64,000 nucleotides of DNA from an uncultured Bacteroidales bacterium. GTDB taxonomy: Bacteria > Bacteroidota > Bacteroidia > Bacteroidales > VadinHA17. The position numbers and the translations under genes are program-made. The notes under the pieces are model-generated. The model worked only from the letters and a program-made list of their open reading frames with translations. It was not told the DNA's origin and searched no databases. The DNA is taken from positions 827,282 to 891,281 of the forward strand of contig CAWADB010000006.1 in assembly GCA_963780735.1 (NCBI GenBank). Direction: 5' to 3'. Of this stretch, positions 1 to 10,707 are shown in pieces. Each line of letters opens with the position of its first letter. Position 1 is the first letter of the stretch.

Positions 1-1
1 A

Positions 2-394
2 GGGGGTGCTGTCATGTCTGTCAAAGGCTATATGTATTATATCCATAATGGATTTATGCCTAATGAAGAATTCAAGGCAGGATTCAATGTGATGAATGGC
101 CTTGATGCATTTATGCTTGCGATTATATTTATGATTTTCGGCCTGGGCATCGCACGCTTGTTCCTTTTTGACAAGACCCCCGATGAGCAGGTCCCGTCAT
201 GGCTTCGTATCAATGACCTGAAAGGATTGAAAGTGCTTATCTGGGAAGCAATACTTGTTACCCTGGTTATTTTCAGCCTTCATATTTTGCTGACACCTGA
301 AGGCCATTCACTTAATTCACTGATATTACCGGGTGCAATATTAATTCTCACACTTGCACTTTTCCTGATGCGCAGGGAGGATAATCGTAAATAA
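2..394 (+). CDS. YqhA/UPF0114-family membrane protein (5' end probably outside window)
   Basis: Frame open from position 2; hydrophobic helices; LDAFMLAIIFMIFGLG and WLRINDLKGLK segments typical of the family. Confidence 0.6.
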   Translation, partial: GGAVMSVKGYMYYIHNGFMPNEEFKAGFNVMNGLDAFMLAIIFMIFGLGIARLFLFDKTPDEQVPSWLRINDLKGLKVLIWEAILVTLVIFSLHILLTPEGHSLNSLILPGAILILTLALFLMRREDNRK

Positions 395-402
395 TAGCTG
401 AC

Positions 403-438
403 GGAGGGGCGGTTAAAAGTACAATTAACCTCCCCTTT
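403..438. terminator. Imperfect hairpin between convergent genes, possible bidirectional terminator
   Basis: GGAGGGGCGGTTAA ... TTAACCTCCCCTTT inverted repeat. Confidence 0.35.
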
Positions 439-2738
439 TACTTTTTAGCAGCCTCAAGTAATTGATTTCCGGCAGGATTTTGCGGAAATTTCTCAGCTAT
501 TTGTCTTGCATATGGCAGGGCTTTGGCATTTTGCTTATGCTCAAGATAGAAAGTGGCTAAGGCATAGAGAAAATCAAAATTGTCAGGCTCGCGGCCCAGC
601 GCTTTGAGAAGATACCCCTCAGCTGCTGCCGTGTTTCCGAGGGAATTCTCCAGCAACCCAAGGTTATAAAGTATCCTGGTCTGTGCCGGCATCAGCTCAG
701 CGGCCTTCAGAAAGAACTTTCTGCTTTCATCATATTTGCCTGTTTCGGCCAGCAAAAGGGCGAGAGAGTAATTTATCTCTGCTATCTCAGGATTTTCAAT
801 CAGCACTTCACGAAGCAGTTTTTCAGCCTCATCATTCTTCCCCTGCTGCGCGTACACCATCGCAAGATTCACCTTTGCCATGTAAAAGAGCCCGTCAATA
901 TTCAGTGCTTCGCGGTAAGATTGGGCAGCCTGCTCCAATTCTCCGGCATTGGCATACATGATACCAAGATTGTAACGTCCTCCCGGGAAGTCGGAAGTAT
1001 AAAGGTGAACATCCTTGTATTCCTCCAGTGCAGCTTTCCTGGCTTTTCTTGCCGGTACACTCAGCTGGTTCTCCGGAACCTCCGAGAGCCTTATCCCGGC
1101 CTCGGCACGTATGGCCCTGACAGGGTCGTTCAGCAGCGGCATCAGCAACCTTTCATATGACACAGCATTAGTCGAGTTAAAGCTCATGATAGCCGTATGC
1201 CTGCACCAGCGAGGCAGGGTCGCTGAGCGCCCTGTCAACTGCATCATTGCTTTCTGCCGTATTGAAAGTTCCGAGGAAATGCACCGCCGTGGCCCTCACC
1301 ATCAGAGGGAACAACTCATTGCCGGCATAAAGGATGAGGTCCGGTATGACACTTCGGTCTCCATTCGATGCTGCTGCGAAGGTCTCACCGTAATGAGGCC
1401 GTCGTTTTTTCTCCGTACCACTTCTGCATGTAACTCTGCGACCAGGCAGTCGTTTTATCCTTGTGGCAGTCATTGCAGGCATTGGGTGTACCTATGCTCA
1501 GTGTCATGGCAGGACTGGGTATCCTGAAACTGTGATCGCGCCTGTAATCGTTTCCCATATAGTACCTGCCGACCATGTGGCAGTTAACGCACTGGGCACC
1601 TGAACCCTCTACATACTCCGGCTCTCCGCGGTTTATCAGGCGGTCTTCCCCTGTACCGGGATCAGGCTTATGAAAATGATGACGGCGGGTGTCATAGATA
1701 TCCGGGCGATGGCACTGAAGGCAAAGCCGGTTATCAGGCTCCTTGGTTTTTACCGAATGTGAGTCATGACAGTCACTGCACTTGATCAGCTTTTCAAACA
1801 TTTTGCTCTGGGTGAACGAGCCGTATTCATAGTCCTCATCAAGTATCTGCCCGTCGGCATGATAGACAGGCTGAGTGATCAGTTGGGGGATCATATAGTT
1901 CAGCAGGTCGCTGTTGTCATCTTCGTAATCGCCCAGTATCGACCTGCGTGAGTGGCAGCGGGCACATACATTGAGTAATTCCTTGTTATCCAGATCCCTG
2001 GTTCTGACTATCAGACCGGTATTCACATCCGCCGGCCTCGATCCCTCAGGCAGGTTCGCCCAGATGAGATGGTCCGAGGCAGGACCGTGACAGGCTTCGC
2101 AGCTGACGTCGATCTCCGACCATGTGGTGTTGAAGGTCTTTGCTTCAGGATCGTAATTCTTCTTCAGGTTGGTGGTATGGCAGTCGGCGCACATGCCGTT
2201 CCAGTTCTGGGCCTGGTTGGTCCAGTACAGCCAGTTGTCAGGTTTGATATCCTGCCCTGCGTAAACGGTATCGCCAAGGTGGAACCATTTGCCACGTTCG
2301 GTATCCCAGGCTATGGGAAGACACTGCAGTCGTCCGCCTTCGAAAGGCACCAGGTACTGCTGCAGTGGAGTGTAACCGAATGTATGGGTGACCTGGAAAT
2401 CGCCGAAAACACCTGCCGGGCCTTCGGTGTTGATGTAAAACTTACCGTCCTTCCTGAACATGCGGTGCGTCTTGCCTTTGTGCCTGAACTCATAATTGTT
2501 GAAATCACCCAGTACGGTTGTGTCATTAGCTACATCCATGGCGAGATCGTGATGCGAGCCGAGCCACAGATCGTCTTCCTTCTTATGGCATTCGATACAG
2601 GTGCTTCTCCCCACAAACTGTAGCACCCTCTTCGACCTTTCCTTTTGATTTGTCAAGAGACATGCGGGCAAAATATACCGGAAACGCCGTGACCAGAATG
2701 ACTGTCGCCGTAAACCCTGCTATCTTCCAGGATCTCAT
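438..2738 (-). CDS. Membrane-anchored octaheme cytochrome c with HEAT and TPR repeats (frameshifted, four ORF pieces)
   Basis: N-terminal TM/signal MRSWKIAGFTATVILV from 2738; 8 CxxCH motifs (CIECH, CADCH, CEACH, CARCH, CSDCH, CLQCH, CVNCH, CNDCH) in 1385..2671; HEAT-like repeats in 1177..1482; TPRs in 438..1247. Confidence 0.85.
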
Positions 2739-2754
2739 TTTATCGCTTCCTTCA

Positions 2755-3270
2755 TTAAATGGCATAAGTCATCTGACTGGTTTCAAATTTCCTTCGTTTT
2801 TCTTTCAGGCTGACATCTACTTTGACTTTTCCTGCTTCGACGGTCACAGGGAAATAATCAAGCGGTCTCGGGGCAGGAGAATTAATCACAACCCCGTATT
2901 TGTCGAATGCCGATGAGTGGCACGGACAGTCAAACTGCTTTTTTGATTCATCCCAGAGAACCGAACAACCGAGATGAGGGCAGATCAGTGAAAGGGCCAG
3001 GAAACCGCCGTCGCTTTCACGGACTATGAAAAGCTTATTTATCCGGTCAGGTGTGACCGTACCCGGAAGAAAATCATCAACATTTCCGATGATTCTGACT
3101 GTTGAGCCGGGCTTGCTCTTACTTAGTTCCCTGGACGGCTTCAGCAGGCTGACAACGAAAAATACAAGCTCTGCAACGGCGACGGTACCCAGTATCATCC
3201 AGGCTTTCTTGAGGAAATCCCTCCTGCCGGTTTCCCCTGTACCTCTTGTTTTATTGACCGTTTTCTTCAT
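2755..3270 (-). CDS. Rieske [2Fe-2S] subunit of a Rieske/cytochrome b complex (QcrA/PetC-like)
   Basis: Tat motif RRDFLKK plus TM helix; boxes CPHLGC and CPCHSS; PAPRPL motif. Confidence 0.93.
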   Translation of the reverse strand: MKKTVNKTRGTGETGRRDFLKKAWMILGTVAVAELVFFVVSLLKPSRELSKSKPGSTVRIIGNVDDFLPGTVTPDRINKLFIVRESDGGFLALSLICPHLGCSVLWDESKKQFDCPCHSSAFDKYGVVINSPAPRPLDYFPVTVEAGKVKVDVSLKEKRRKFETSQMTYAI

Positions 3271-3292
3271 TTCTCAGAATTTCTTGACCGTA

Positions 3293-4595
3293 TCACACCT
3301 TCCACGGCCACATGAGGTTCATTCCCGCCCCCCTGAAAAATATCCCGGTCAGGGTCAGAACAGTGTACGACACGATCATTATAATAATGACCGACTGAAT
3401 AACCTCCGACCGGTTTAATAAGAACTTCTGCCGAATGTATTTCAGGAAGAAATAGAGTGTCACAGCAAGTATTACAAAGGGGATGAGTCCTTTGGTGATC
3501 AGTAGAGGGAACGGATGAAAGGAGTACTTCAGGATCAGGCAGCAGCTCGCTGAGCCCGATGAAAAGAACAGTAAAAACGATCCCGGAAACAAGTGCGAAT
3601 TTTGCTGACCTGATACCTTTTTCTGACAAAAACCAGATGCCCTGGTTTTTATCTTCCAGTCTGATATAAGGGAGCCAGCAGGCGGCAATTAATACGGTTA
3701 AGGGGAAGACCACGATCGCAAAGAAGGGATGGAAATGGATCAGTAGCTCCTGCAGGCCCATGAAGTACCATGGCGCCTTGGCGGGGTTAGGACTGAATGA
3801 CGGGTTGGCCCTCTCCCTGAGATGTGCGTCAAACAGGCTGCTGATAATGAACAGAAGGGCAAGCAGCACCATAGCCACAACAAACTCCCTGTTTACAAGA
3901 TGAGGCCTGGTATCAACCATGGGACCATCTTTGTCCTTTTCAGCCACGATGACCCCACCTGCCTTTCGTATACGCCAGAAATGATAGGCCATAAAAGCCA
4001 CAAGGAGCAACGGGATGACACCGGTATGCAGGTTAAAGAAATTGGTCAGGGTGGCCTGTCCGACTTCCTTCCCTCCCAGCAGGGCCTCCCTGATCGGATC
4101 TCCGATCAGGGGCACGTAAGCCAGCAGGCTTGTGCTTATTGTGACAGCCCAGTAAGAGAGCTGATCCCATGGCAGAAGATATCCTGTAAAATTCGATAGA
4201 ACAACGAGTATTAACAGGGCCAGCCCGAATATCCAGGTGGCATGTCTCGGTTTGCGGTAAGCTCCTGTAAAAGCGACCCTGAGCATGTGCAGGAAAGTAA
4301 CCCATAGAAGTCCTATTGCGCTCCAGTGGTGGATATTGCGCAGCATCTTGCCAAACAGCAGGCTGTCCTGCAGGTTCAGAATTGAATTATAGGCGTCTTC
4401 CGGTGAAGGCTCATAATGGAACTTCAGCAACAGCCCGGTGACCACCTGTACAACCACAAGAACGGCGGCCATACCCCCAAGCCCGAAAGTAAGATTGAAC
4501 CGCAATGTCGATTCCTTCAGCTTGCGGGGATGAAGATGCAAAATCAACCCAAGCCTGGATTTGCTGCTCTTTTCGCTATCGGGAATCTGGTTCAA
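3293..4595 (-). CDS. Cytochrome b (b6-like part fused to subunit IV; QcrB/PetB-like), frameshift near C-terminus
   Basis: RNIHHWSA..LHMLRV and LHTGVIPLLLVAFMAYH heme ligands; GYLLPWDQLSYWA; PEWY-equivalent KAPWYF; tail continues in the 3293..3688 frame; TTG start. Confidence 0.9.
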
Positions 4596-4631
4596 AAAGC
4601 TGACGGGTTAATTGAGTGGCATTCGGGTATT

Positions 4632-5309
4632 TTATTCGAACAGGTATGGTTTCCGGTTCCTGAAGAGCATTATATTAAAAGAGAAGTAAAAGATATTTGA
4701 ATTAAGCCCCTCGTAAGGCTTGTGGTTGTCTTTGTCAATAAAATCCTGGTTATGGAAGTCACTGAGGTAATACTTGAATTTCAGGTTTGCTCCCTTTGGA
4801 AACTGTACGCCAACCAGAAGCCCGTGCTGGAATAAATCCTGTCTGTCACTGAACCACTCCACCTTCTGATCTATTTTGTCACCTGCTTCAATAGTCTTTT
4901 CCTTATACAGGGCAGCAACCTCAAATTCATATCCTGCATATAAAAACAGCTTTTTAAGGTCACCTATCTTGAATCCCACAGGGACTCCGAGGTTATAGGA
5001 GCGGAATTTCTTCTGGTAGATTGCATTTTCGGCAAAGTCGTGATATTCATCGAATACATAGCCGACATTCCTTACAGCCAGCCCCGTGAACAACCCGAAG
5101 TGGGTGCTGATATCGGTGGCGACAAACGTTTCAATATTAATGACCGGTGTAAATCTCAGCGGGGTACCATAGGATGTGCCGTTTTGCTCAACGTCGGCGA
5201 ATGAAAAAATCATTTCGAGACCGGTGTGAGTGTATATTTTTTTTTGCTGGCCGTTTGCAGTTACAGCAAGTAACACAAGCGATACCAGAAGAATTGAAAT
5301 GCGTTTCAT
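4632..5309 (-). CDS. Outer-membrane beta-barrel (porin/PorT-like) protein
   Basis: Signal peptide; alternating aromatic beta strands; YNLGVPVGFK segment. Confidence 0.6.
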   Translation of the reverse strand: MKRISILLVSLVLLAVTANGQQKKIYTHTGLEMIFSFADVEQNGTSYGTPLRFTPVINIETFVATDISTHFGLFTGLAVRNVGYVFDEYHDFAENAIYQKKFRSYNLGVPVGFKIGDLKKLFLYAGYEFEVAALYKEKTIEAGDKIDQKVEWFSDRQDLFQHGLLVGVQFPKGANLKFKYYLSDFHNQDFIDKDNHKPYEGLNSNIFYFSFNIMLFRNRKPYLFE

Positions 5310-5413
5310 TCAGGTAATATCTTTTTACGAGGATCAAATATACAAATTCCGCGTAAAGTGGCAATCAGGGTCCGCAAATCCGGAGGCCCGCCGGGAAGCA
5401 AAATCAGGGCAAA

Positions 5414-6805
5414 TTAATTTGCTTCCTTCGCAACCTTAATCCTGCCGCTCCTGGCTGCTTTGACCAATGCCTTATAGTCTTTATCATTCTGGCCGGCATA
5501 TGCGAAAGCAAATTTGACCATTGCTTCATCCAGTTCATCGCTGTTGCCGAGGTAGCCTGAGAGCAAGGCAGCGTCACCTGATTTTGCATGCGCCAGTGCC
5601 AGGGCCCAGGCGCACAGGTTACAGTAGTCAGGTATATGTTTAATGTCGACCTGGCCCGGTGTGAATTCAACGCCGCCTTTCATGTCACGTAACTGGCGCA
5701 CATAAAAATGGTACCCGTAATTTTCCCCCCAACCGAGAAAGATATCTGGTGCACCCTGTATAAGGCGTTGTCCTGCTACCACACGCTGGCCATTATTCGA
5801 ATAAGACACCCCCGGTACAAAAGGCTCAAGCACTGAAGGCTGTGCTTCCTTTACCTGAAGAAACAAAGGATCATCTGAACTGTTCCCGGCAAGGAAAATA
5901 ACCCAGCATCGTGTTCCCACGCTGCCCACGCCTACTATTTTTCTTGCCACGTCGACAACCCGGTACTGGTCCAGCAATGCCTTCCGGTCATCGGCAAGGG
6001 AACTGACATAAGATTCGAGCAACAATCCCAGGGCTACATCAACCGGTTTGCCTGCCTCGGTATGGGTTTCCCGCACAATAAACGGTGCATCTTCGCGCAG
6101 ACGGTATTTATTGTCTACGATATCGGTGAGTTTGCCAAGCACCTGCATATGCGTCCGGCCACGGGCTTTCGTGGTTATTTTTTTCAGGCCTTTCTGCACG
6201 GAGGACGGCAGCGACGTTATGATATCTTTTTCAGTGATTGTCGAGTACCATAAATCCATATACCCCATATGTGCATATTCCTTCATGTGCCTGCGATAGG
6301 AGCTTACCGCTGCCATTACTCCCTCACGGCACAGAGTATCATCACCTCCGAGAAACCTGCAGCTAACGACAATGCTTGCCACGAGCCGCTTCAGATCCCA
6401 TTCCCACGGGCCCGGATGTGTTTCATCGAAATCATTGATCCCAAAAATAAGTTTTCGTTCTGCGGAAGCGAACACTCCAAAGTTGGCCACATGCAAGTCA
6501 CCGCATGCCTGGACTGTTATTCCGGTGGTTTTACCACCGGCAGCCAGATCAGCGGCCATTATGCCGGCGCCACCGCGCAGGAATGCGAATGATGAAGTAA
6601 GCATGCGTGCATAACGTATGGGCACCAGCTGTTTCAGCCGGGTCTTGCCCTGTGCTTCCAGAAAAGCAACAGGATCGGCACGTTTGGCTGAAGGTTTGTA
6701 ATTACCCTGACTGATCCGCGGAAATTTCACACGGAGAGCCTTGCCTTCAGCAATACGTTCTTCAATGGTTTTGCGCTGTTCTTTAAAGTGAGTTTTTGAT
6801 TCCAT
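5414..6805 (-). CDS. DUF2252 family protein (kinase-like fold)
   Basis: GDLHVANFG, INDFDE, GVGSVGTR, LQVKEA and YVRQLRDMKG motifs. Confidence 0.9.
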   Translation of the reverse strand: MESKTHFKEQRKTIEERIAEGKALRVKFPRISQGNYKPSAKRADPVAFLEAQGKTRLKQLVPIRYARMLTSSFAFLRGGAGIMAADLAAGGKTTGITVQACGDLHVANFGVFASAERKLIFGINDFDETHPGPWEWDLKRLVASIVVSCRFLGGDDTLCREGVMAAVSSYRRHMKEYAHMGYMDLWYSTITEKDIITSLPSSVQKGLKKITTKARGRTHMQVLGKLTDIVDNKYRLREDAPFIVRETHTEAGKPVDVALGLLLESYVSSLADDRKALLDQYRVVDVARKIVGVGSVGTRCWVIFLAGNSSDDPLFLQVKEAQPSVLEPFVPGVSYSNNGQRVVAGQRLIQGAPDIFLGWGENYGYHFYVRQLRDMKGGVEFTPGQVDIKHIPDYCNLCAWALALAHAKSGDAALLSGYLGNSDELDEAMVKFAFAYAGQNDKDYKALVKAARSGRIKVAKEAN

Positions 6806-7036
6806 ATGCTTTCCGGCGTTTTATGCCTTATCCTCCCCTAATTTAATCAATAAATGCCATACTCTTTGTACCTGTTCAATAATTTGTGACCTAAGCTGGC
6901 TCTGTGCTTCAATTGCACCGAAAAGGAAGAGAAGTTGATTTGGTGCTGAAGAATATATAACTTTGACCTGGGGGTTTGTAAGCCGACCGGGCTTATTTAA
7001 TCCATTTACAGATACAATAACCCTAACTACAAAGAG

Positions 7037-8926
7037 ATGAAACAATTTACATTATCACTGAGAATAGCATTCCTTGTTATTTTCAGTACGCTTTTCTGCA
7101 TCGAAGGCTACGGCCAGAAAACAAGGGAAGAGATCCCCGATAAATATAAATGGGATCTGACTGACATCTACAAGTCCGATGCTGACTGGCGCGCAGCCAA
7201 AGACGGCATCGCGGTTAAACTTGGTGAGGTGACAAAATTCAGGGGGACACTTACCGCTTCGGCAGCAAACCTGTTGAAATGCATGGAATTCAGTACGGAG
7301 GTCAATAAGGAGGCATATAAATTATATACTTATGCTTCCATGAGCTCGGATCTTGACACCCGTGATATGAAATATACCGGCATGAAGCAGGAACTGGAGC
7401 AGATGTTTTCTGACTTCGGAGCCAAAGCAGCATTTATCGAGCCTGAAATCCTGACTGCCGACTGGAGTGTGATTGATGGTTTCATCAAATCAGAGCCTAA
7501 ACTTGAGCCGTACCGTATGGGGCTTGACAATTTGTTCCGGACCAAAAAGCACACATTGAGTGAACCCGAAGAGCGTATCCTTGCCCTGTCAGGCATGACC
7601 GGGGGAGTGGCGTCTTCAGTATACAACACCTTCTCAAACGCCGAAATGCCCAACCCCGAAGTCGTTCTTTCAGACGGTGAAAAAGTTGTCGTAACCAAGG
7701 CAGAATACGGTAAATACCGTGCATCAGCCAACCGCGCTGACCGGGAGATTGTCTTCAATGCCTTCTGGAACAACTATGCAAAATTCAAAGCTTCGTACGG
7801 TGAGATGCTCTACGGAAACGTTAAGGGGGACTGGTTTAATGCCAAGGCCAGAAATTACGGCTCATCTCTTGAAGCAGCATTGTATCCCAATAATATCCCC
7901 GTTGAAGTCTACCATGCCCTGATTGACAATGTGAACAAGAATCTGCCAGCCTTCCATCGTTACCTCGAAATCAAAAAGCGAATGATGGGAGTTGACACGC
8001 TGAAATACCTCGATCTCTATGCTCCGGTGGTAAAAGATGTTGACCTCAAATACAGCTATGATGAAGCGTCGAAGATTGTCCTTGAGGCTTTAAAACCGTT
8101 AGGGGAAGAGTATATTTCCACTGTGAGAAAAGTCATCAGTGAACGCAATATTGATGTATACCCTACAGCAGGTAAACAGTCAGGCGCTTATGGAGGGGCA
8201 GTTTACAATGTGCATCCGTTTATTCTACTTAACTACACTGATTTATACGGGGATATGAGTACACTGGCCCATGAAATGGGACATGCGATGCATAGTTATT
8301 TTTCGAATAAAACACAGCCATATCCACTGGCTGATTATCAAACCTTTGTTGCAGAAGTCGCATCCACTTTTAATGAGGTATTGCTGTTTGACTATATAAT
8401 GAAAAACGAGAAGAACGATGACATCAGACTTTCGCTCCTGATGAACTGGCTCGATAATTTTAAAGGCACCTTGTTTCGTCAGACACAATTTGCGGAGTTT
8501 GAACTGAAGATACACGAGACTGCAGAAAAAGGACTGCCACTGACCGGCGATACCTTTTCGAAAATGTATATGGACATATTGAAAGCTTACTACGGCCATG
8601 ACAAAGGGATTTGCAACATCGACAAATACATTGAAATGGAATGGGCATTCATCCCTCATTTTTATATGAATTTCTATGTTTTTCAATACAGTACTTCTTT
8701 TACTGCATCGATATCCCTTGCTGAAAAAGTAATGAGTGGCGATAAGGCATCGCTCGATAAATACATTGCATTCCTTTCAGCAGGAGGATCGGACTACCCG
8801 ATTGAGTTGCTGAAGAAAGCCGGGGTTGACATGACCACATCTGATCCGTTTGACAAGACAATCGAATCGATGAACAAGGTAATGGATGAGATTGAAAAGA
8901 TCCTGGCCAAAAAGGAGAAGAAGTGA
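7037..8926 (+). CDS. pepF: Oligoendopeptidase F (peptidase M3B), exported
   Basis: KYKWDLTDIY N-terminus; HEMGHAMH zinc motif; AEVAST; IPHFY; signal peptide. Confidence 0.93.
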   Translation: MKQFTLSLRIAFLVIFSTLFCIEGYGQKTREEIPDKYKWDLTDIYKSDADWRAAKDGIAVKLGEVTKFRGTLTASAANLLKCMEFSTEVNKEAYKLYTYASMSSDLDTRDMKYTGMKQELEQMFSDFGAKAAFIEPEILTADWSVIDGFIKSEPKLEPYRMGLDNLFRTKKHTLSEPEERILALSGMTGGVASSVYNTFSNAEMPNPEVVLSDGEKVVVTKAEYGKYRASANRADREIVFNAFWNNYAKFKASYGEMLYGNVKGDWFNAKARNYGSSLEAALYPNNIPVEVYHALIDNVNKNLPAFHRYLEIKKRMMGVDTLKYLDLYAPVVKDVDLKYSYDEASKIVLEALKPLGEEYISTVRKVISERNIDVYPTAGKQSGAYGGAVYNVHPFILLNYTDLYGDMSTLAHEMGHAMHSYFSNKTQPYPLADYQTFVAEVASTFNEVLLFDYIMKNEKNDDIRLSLLMNWLDNFKGTLFRQTQFAEFELKIHETAEKGLPLTGDTFSKMYMDILKAYYGHDKGICNIDKYIEMEWAFIPHFYMNFYVFQYSTSFTASISLAEKVMSGDKASLDKYIAFLSAGGSDYPIELLKKAGVDMTTSDPFDKTIESMNKVMDEIEKILAKKEKK

Positions 8927-8985
8927 TTTGCATGATTTCAGCGCTCTGATTGCGGCGGTGAAACGGTGAAGCAGGGATTTTTATT

Positions 8986-8993
8986 TATCTTTG
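8986..8993 (+). promoter_or_regulatory. Bacteroidota -7 promoter element for tRNA-Val
   Basis: TATCTTTG matches TAnnTTTG, 8 nt before the tRNA. Confidence 0.65.
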
Positions 8994-9001
8994 CCTCCCC
9001 C

Positions 9002-9076
9002 GGGACGTTAGCTCAGTCGGTTCAGAGCGCTTGCTTCACACGCAAGAGGTCGGCAGTTCGAGCCTGCCACGTCCCA
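9002..9076 (+). tRNA. tRNA-Val(CAC)
   Basis: Acceptor stem GGGACGT/ACGTCCC; anticodon arm CTTGC-TTCACAC-GCAAG; T-loop GTTCGAG; CCA not encoded. Confidence 0.96.
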
Positions 9077-9090
9077 CACAGAAATAATGA

Positions 9091-9125
9091 AGGAGTCAGC
9101 CAAAAGCTGGCTCCTCCTGTTTTTA
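9091..9125 (+). terminator. Intrinsic terminator after tRNA-Val
   Basis: AGGAGTCAGC-CAAAA-GCTGGCTCCT hairpin followed by a T-rich tract. Confidence 0.6.
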
Positions 9126-9211
9126 TATGAGTGCGAAATGGCTGACTTTATTTTTCGGCTAACTTCCCGACCACCTTCTGTTTGAACTTGTGCAATAAAT
9201 GCACAGGTTGA

Positions 9212-9290
9212 TTTTTCTTTGGTTACTTTTTCTGCATCAAGGCAAAGAAAGTAACAACCTGATCAGAAGCAGGGTCACGAAAAAGTAACA
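9212..9290. repeat. REP/MITE-like palindrome
   Basis: GTTACTTT (9222) pairs with AAAGTAAC (9248); a second AAAAGTAAC at 9281. Confidence 0.45.
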
Positions 9291-9302
9291 ATTGGCTGAT
9301 GG

Positions 9303-10061
9303 TTAAAGTAATCCCTTCTCGTGGAGGTCATAAATCAGTTCGGAGATATGATTTTTGCCGGTTTTTTCAAGAATATTCCTGCGATGGGTATCGATGGTAT
9401 ATTTGCTCAGGAATAATTTCTCACCGATCTGTTCGCTGCTGAGGCCTGAGTGTATCAGTTTTATGATCTCAAACTCCCGGTCTGAAAAAACAGGGCCATG
9501 CATCAACAGGGCACCATCAGGGAATCTGAAAAATTTGATGTCGTCGCCAAGATAATAATGGTAACCGTTTTTCATCTTTTTAAACCACCCGATATTAGTG
9601 TGAACATCTAACAGCCAGACTGCCGGAAAGGGAGCCTGGGCATAAAAAAACCAGCACTGAACAAGGTGTTCGGAGTAACTTCCCGTGGGATTGCGATACC
9701 TGACATTTGATGAAATTAACCTGCTGCCATTTTTTGCGACAGCAAGTTCATGGGCTATTTTAATTAACTGGGCCATGCCCAGTCCATGTCTCGCAAGGTC
9801 ATCAGGATGGGTTGCTTCCTTTAAATGATAAGAAGTTAATTCCTCCGGTTCAATGCCCAGCATCTCTTTGCTTCTCAGGCTGGTAAACTCGAACTTCATG
9901 CGGACCATATCGGCAACATAGAAAAACTGATTATTGGTCTTCGTAAATTCCTCGAGTTCCAGTATCAGGGGGTCATGCCGGTCGATGTCCTTGAAACCAG
10001 CCGGCAAATAGGTTTGGATGAACCTGAAAAATAATTCGTATGATCGGTTTTCTTCAGTCAC
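9303..10061 (-). CDS. LuxR-family transcriptional regulator with N-terminal PAS-like domain
   Basis: C-terminal FSDREFEIIKLIHSGLSSEQIGEKLFLSKYTIDTHRRNILEK HTH; THPDD PAS-like motif. Confidence 0.88.
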   Translation of the reverse strand: MTEENRSYELFFRFIQTYLPAGFKDIDRHDPLILELEEFTKTNNQFFYVADMVRMKFEFTSLRSKEMLGIEPEELTSYHLKEATHPDDLARHGLGMAQLIKIAHELAVAKNGSRLISSNVRYRNPTGSYSEHLVQCWFFYAQAPFPAVWLLDVHTNIGWFKKMKNGYHYYLGDDIKFFRFPDGALLMHGPVFSDREFEIIKLIHSGLSSEQIGEKLFLSKYTIDTHRRNILEKTGKNHISELIYDLHEKGLL

Positions 10062-10100
10062 GAGCTATTTAATCTAACGGTTAGCAGCAAAATTAGAAAA

Positions 10101-10120
10101 AATACGCATTGATTGGTATT
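10101..10120. promoter_or_regulatory. Possible LuxR operator in the divergent intergenic region
   Basis: AATAC-N10-GTATT inverted repeat. Confidence 0.25.
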
Positions 10121-10199
10121 GTGCATAGGTGATATAAGGCATAATTTTACATTCCTCATAGTAAGATCAGAAATAACCTTATTATTTAATGTAGCATTA

Positions 10200-10619
10200 A
10201 TGACAGTTTCTCATGTAAATTCTCCGGAAGGGGAAATGCAACATATAATATCATACGACTCTAAAGGAAGACTGCTTGAAGGCAGTAAGGAATACAAGTT
10301 GCATCTGCCATCAGATATCCCTGCCTCAGAGTTCTGGTCTGTTGTTGTATATGATTCGACTAACCGCTCAATAATAAGCACTGATCAGTCATGGCCTTCA
10401 GTTTTTAATACCAGCAAAAACCTTTTTTACAACAGTGACGGGTCGGTTGATGTCTGGTTCGGTCCTAAGCCCTTTGAGGGAAGAGAAAAAAATTGGGTAA
10501 AGACTATCCACGGTAAGAACTGGTATGTTATCTTGCGTCTTTATTATCCTCTTGCTGGATGGTTTGACAACAAGTGGCGGCCCGGAAAAATTGAAGAAGT
10601 GAATGCAGTTGATCAATAA
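10200..10619 (+). CDS. Stand-alone DUF1214 domain protein
   Basis: FWSVVVYD, DGSVDVWFGP, NWVKT and LRLYYP motifs; likely ATG at 10200; no DUF1254 part or signal peptide. Confidence 0.8.
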   Translation: MTVSHVNSPEGEMQHIISYDSKGRLLEGSKEYKLHLPSDIPASEFWSVVVYDSTNRSIISTDQSWPSVFNTSKNLFYNSDGSVDVWFGPKPFEGREKNWVKTIHGKNWYVILRLYYPLAGWFDNKWRPGKIEEVNAVDQ

Positions 10620-10707
10620 CTAAAGTCAAATTGCTGGTAATGAGGCTGAATGGTTCTGTTTACTGAAAATAACAATATCAAAATAGGTTTCAAACACGAG
10701 AATTTGT

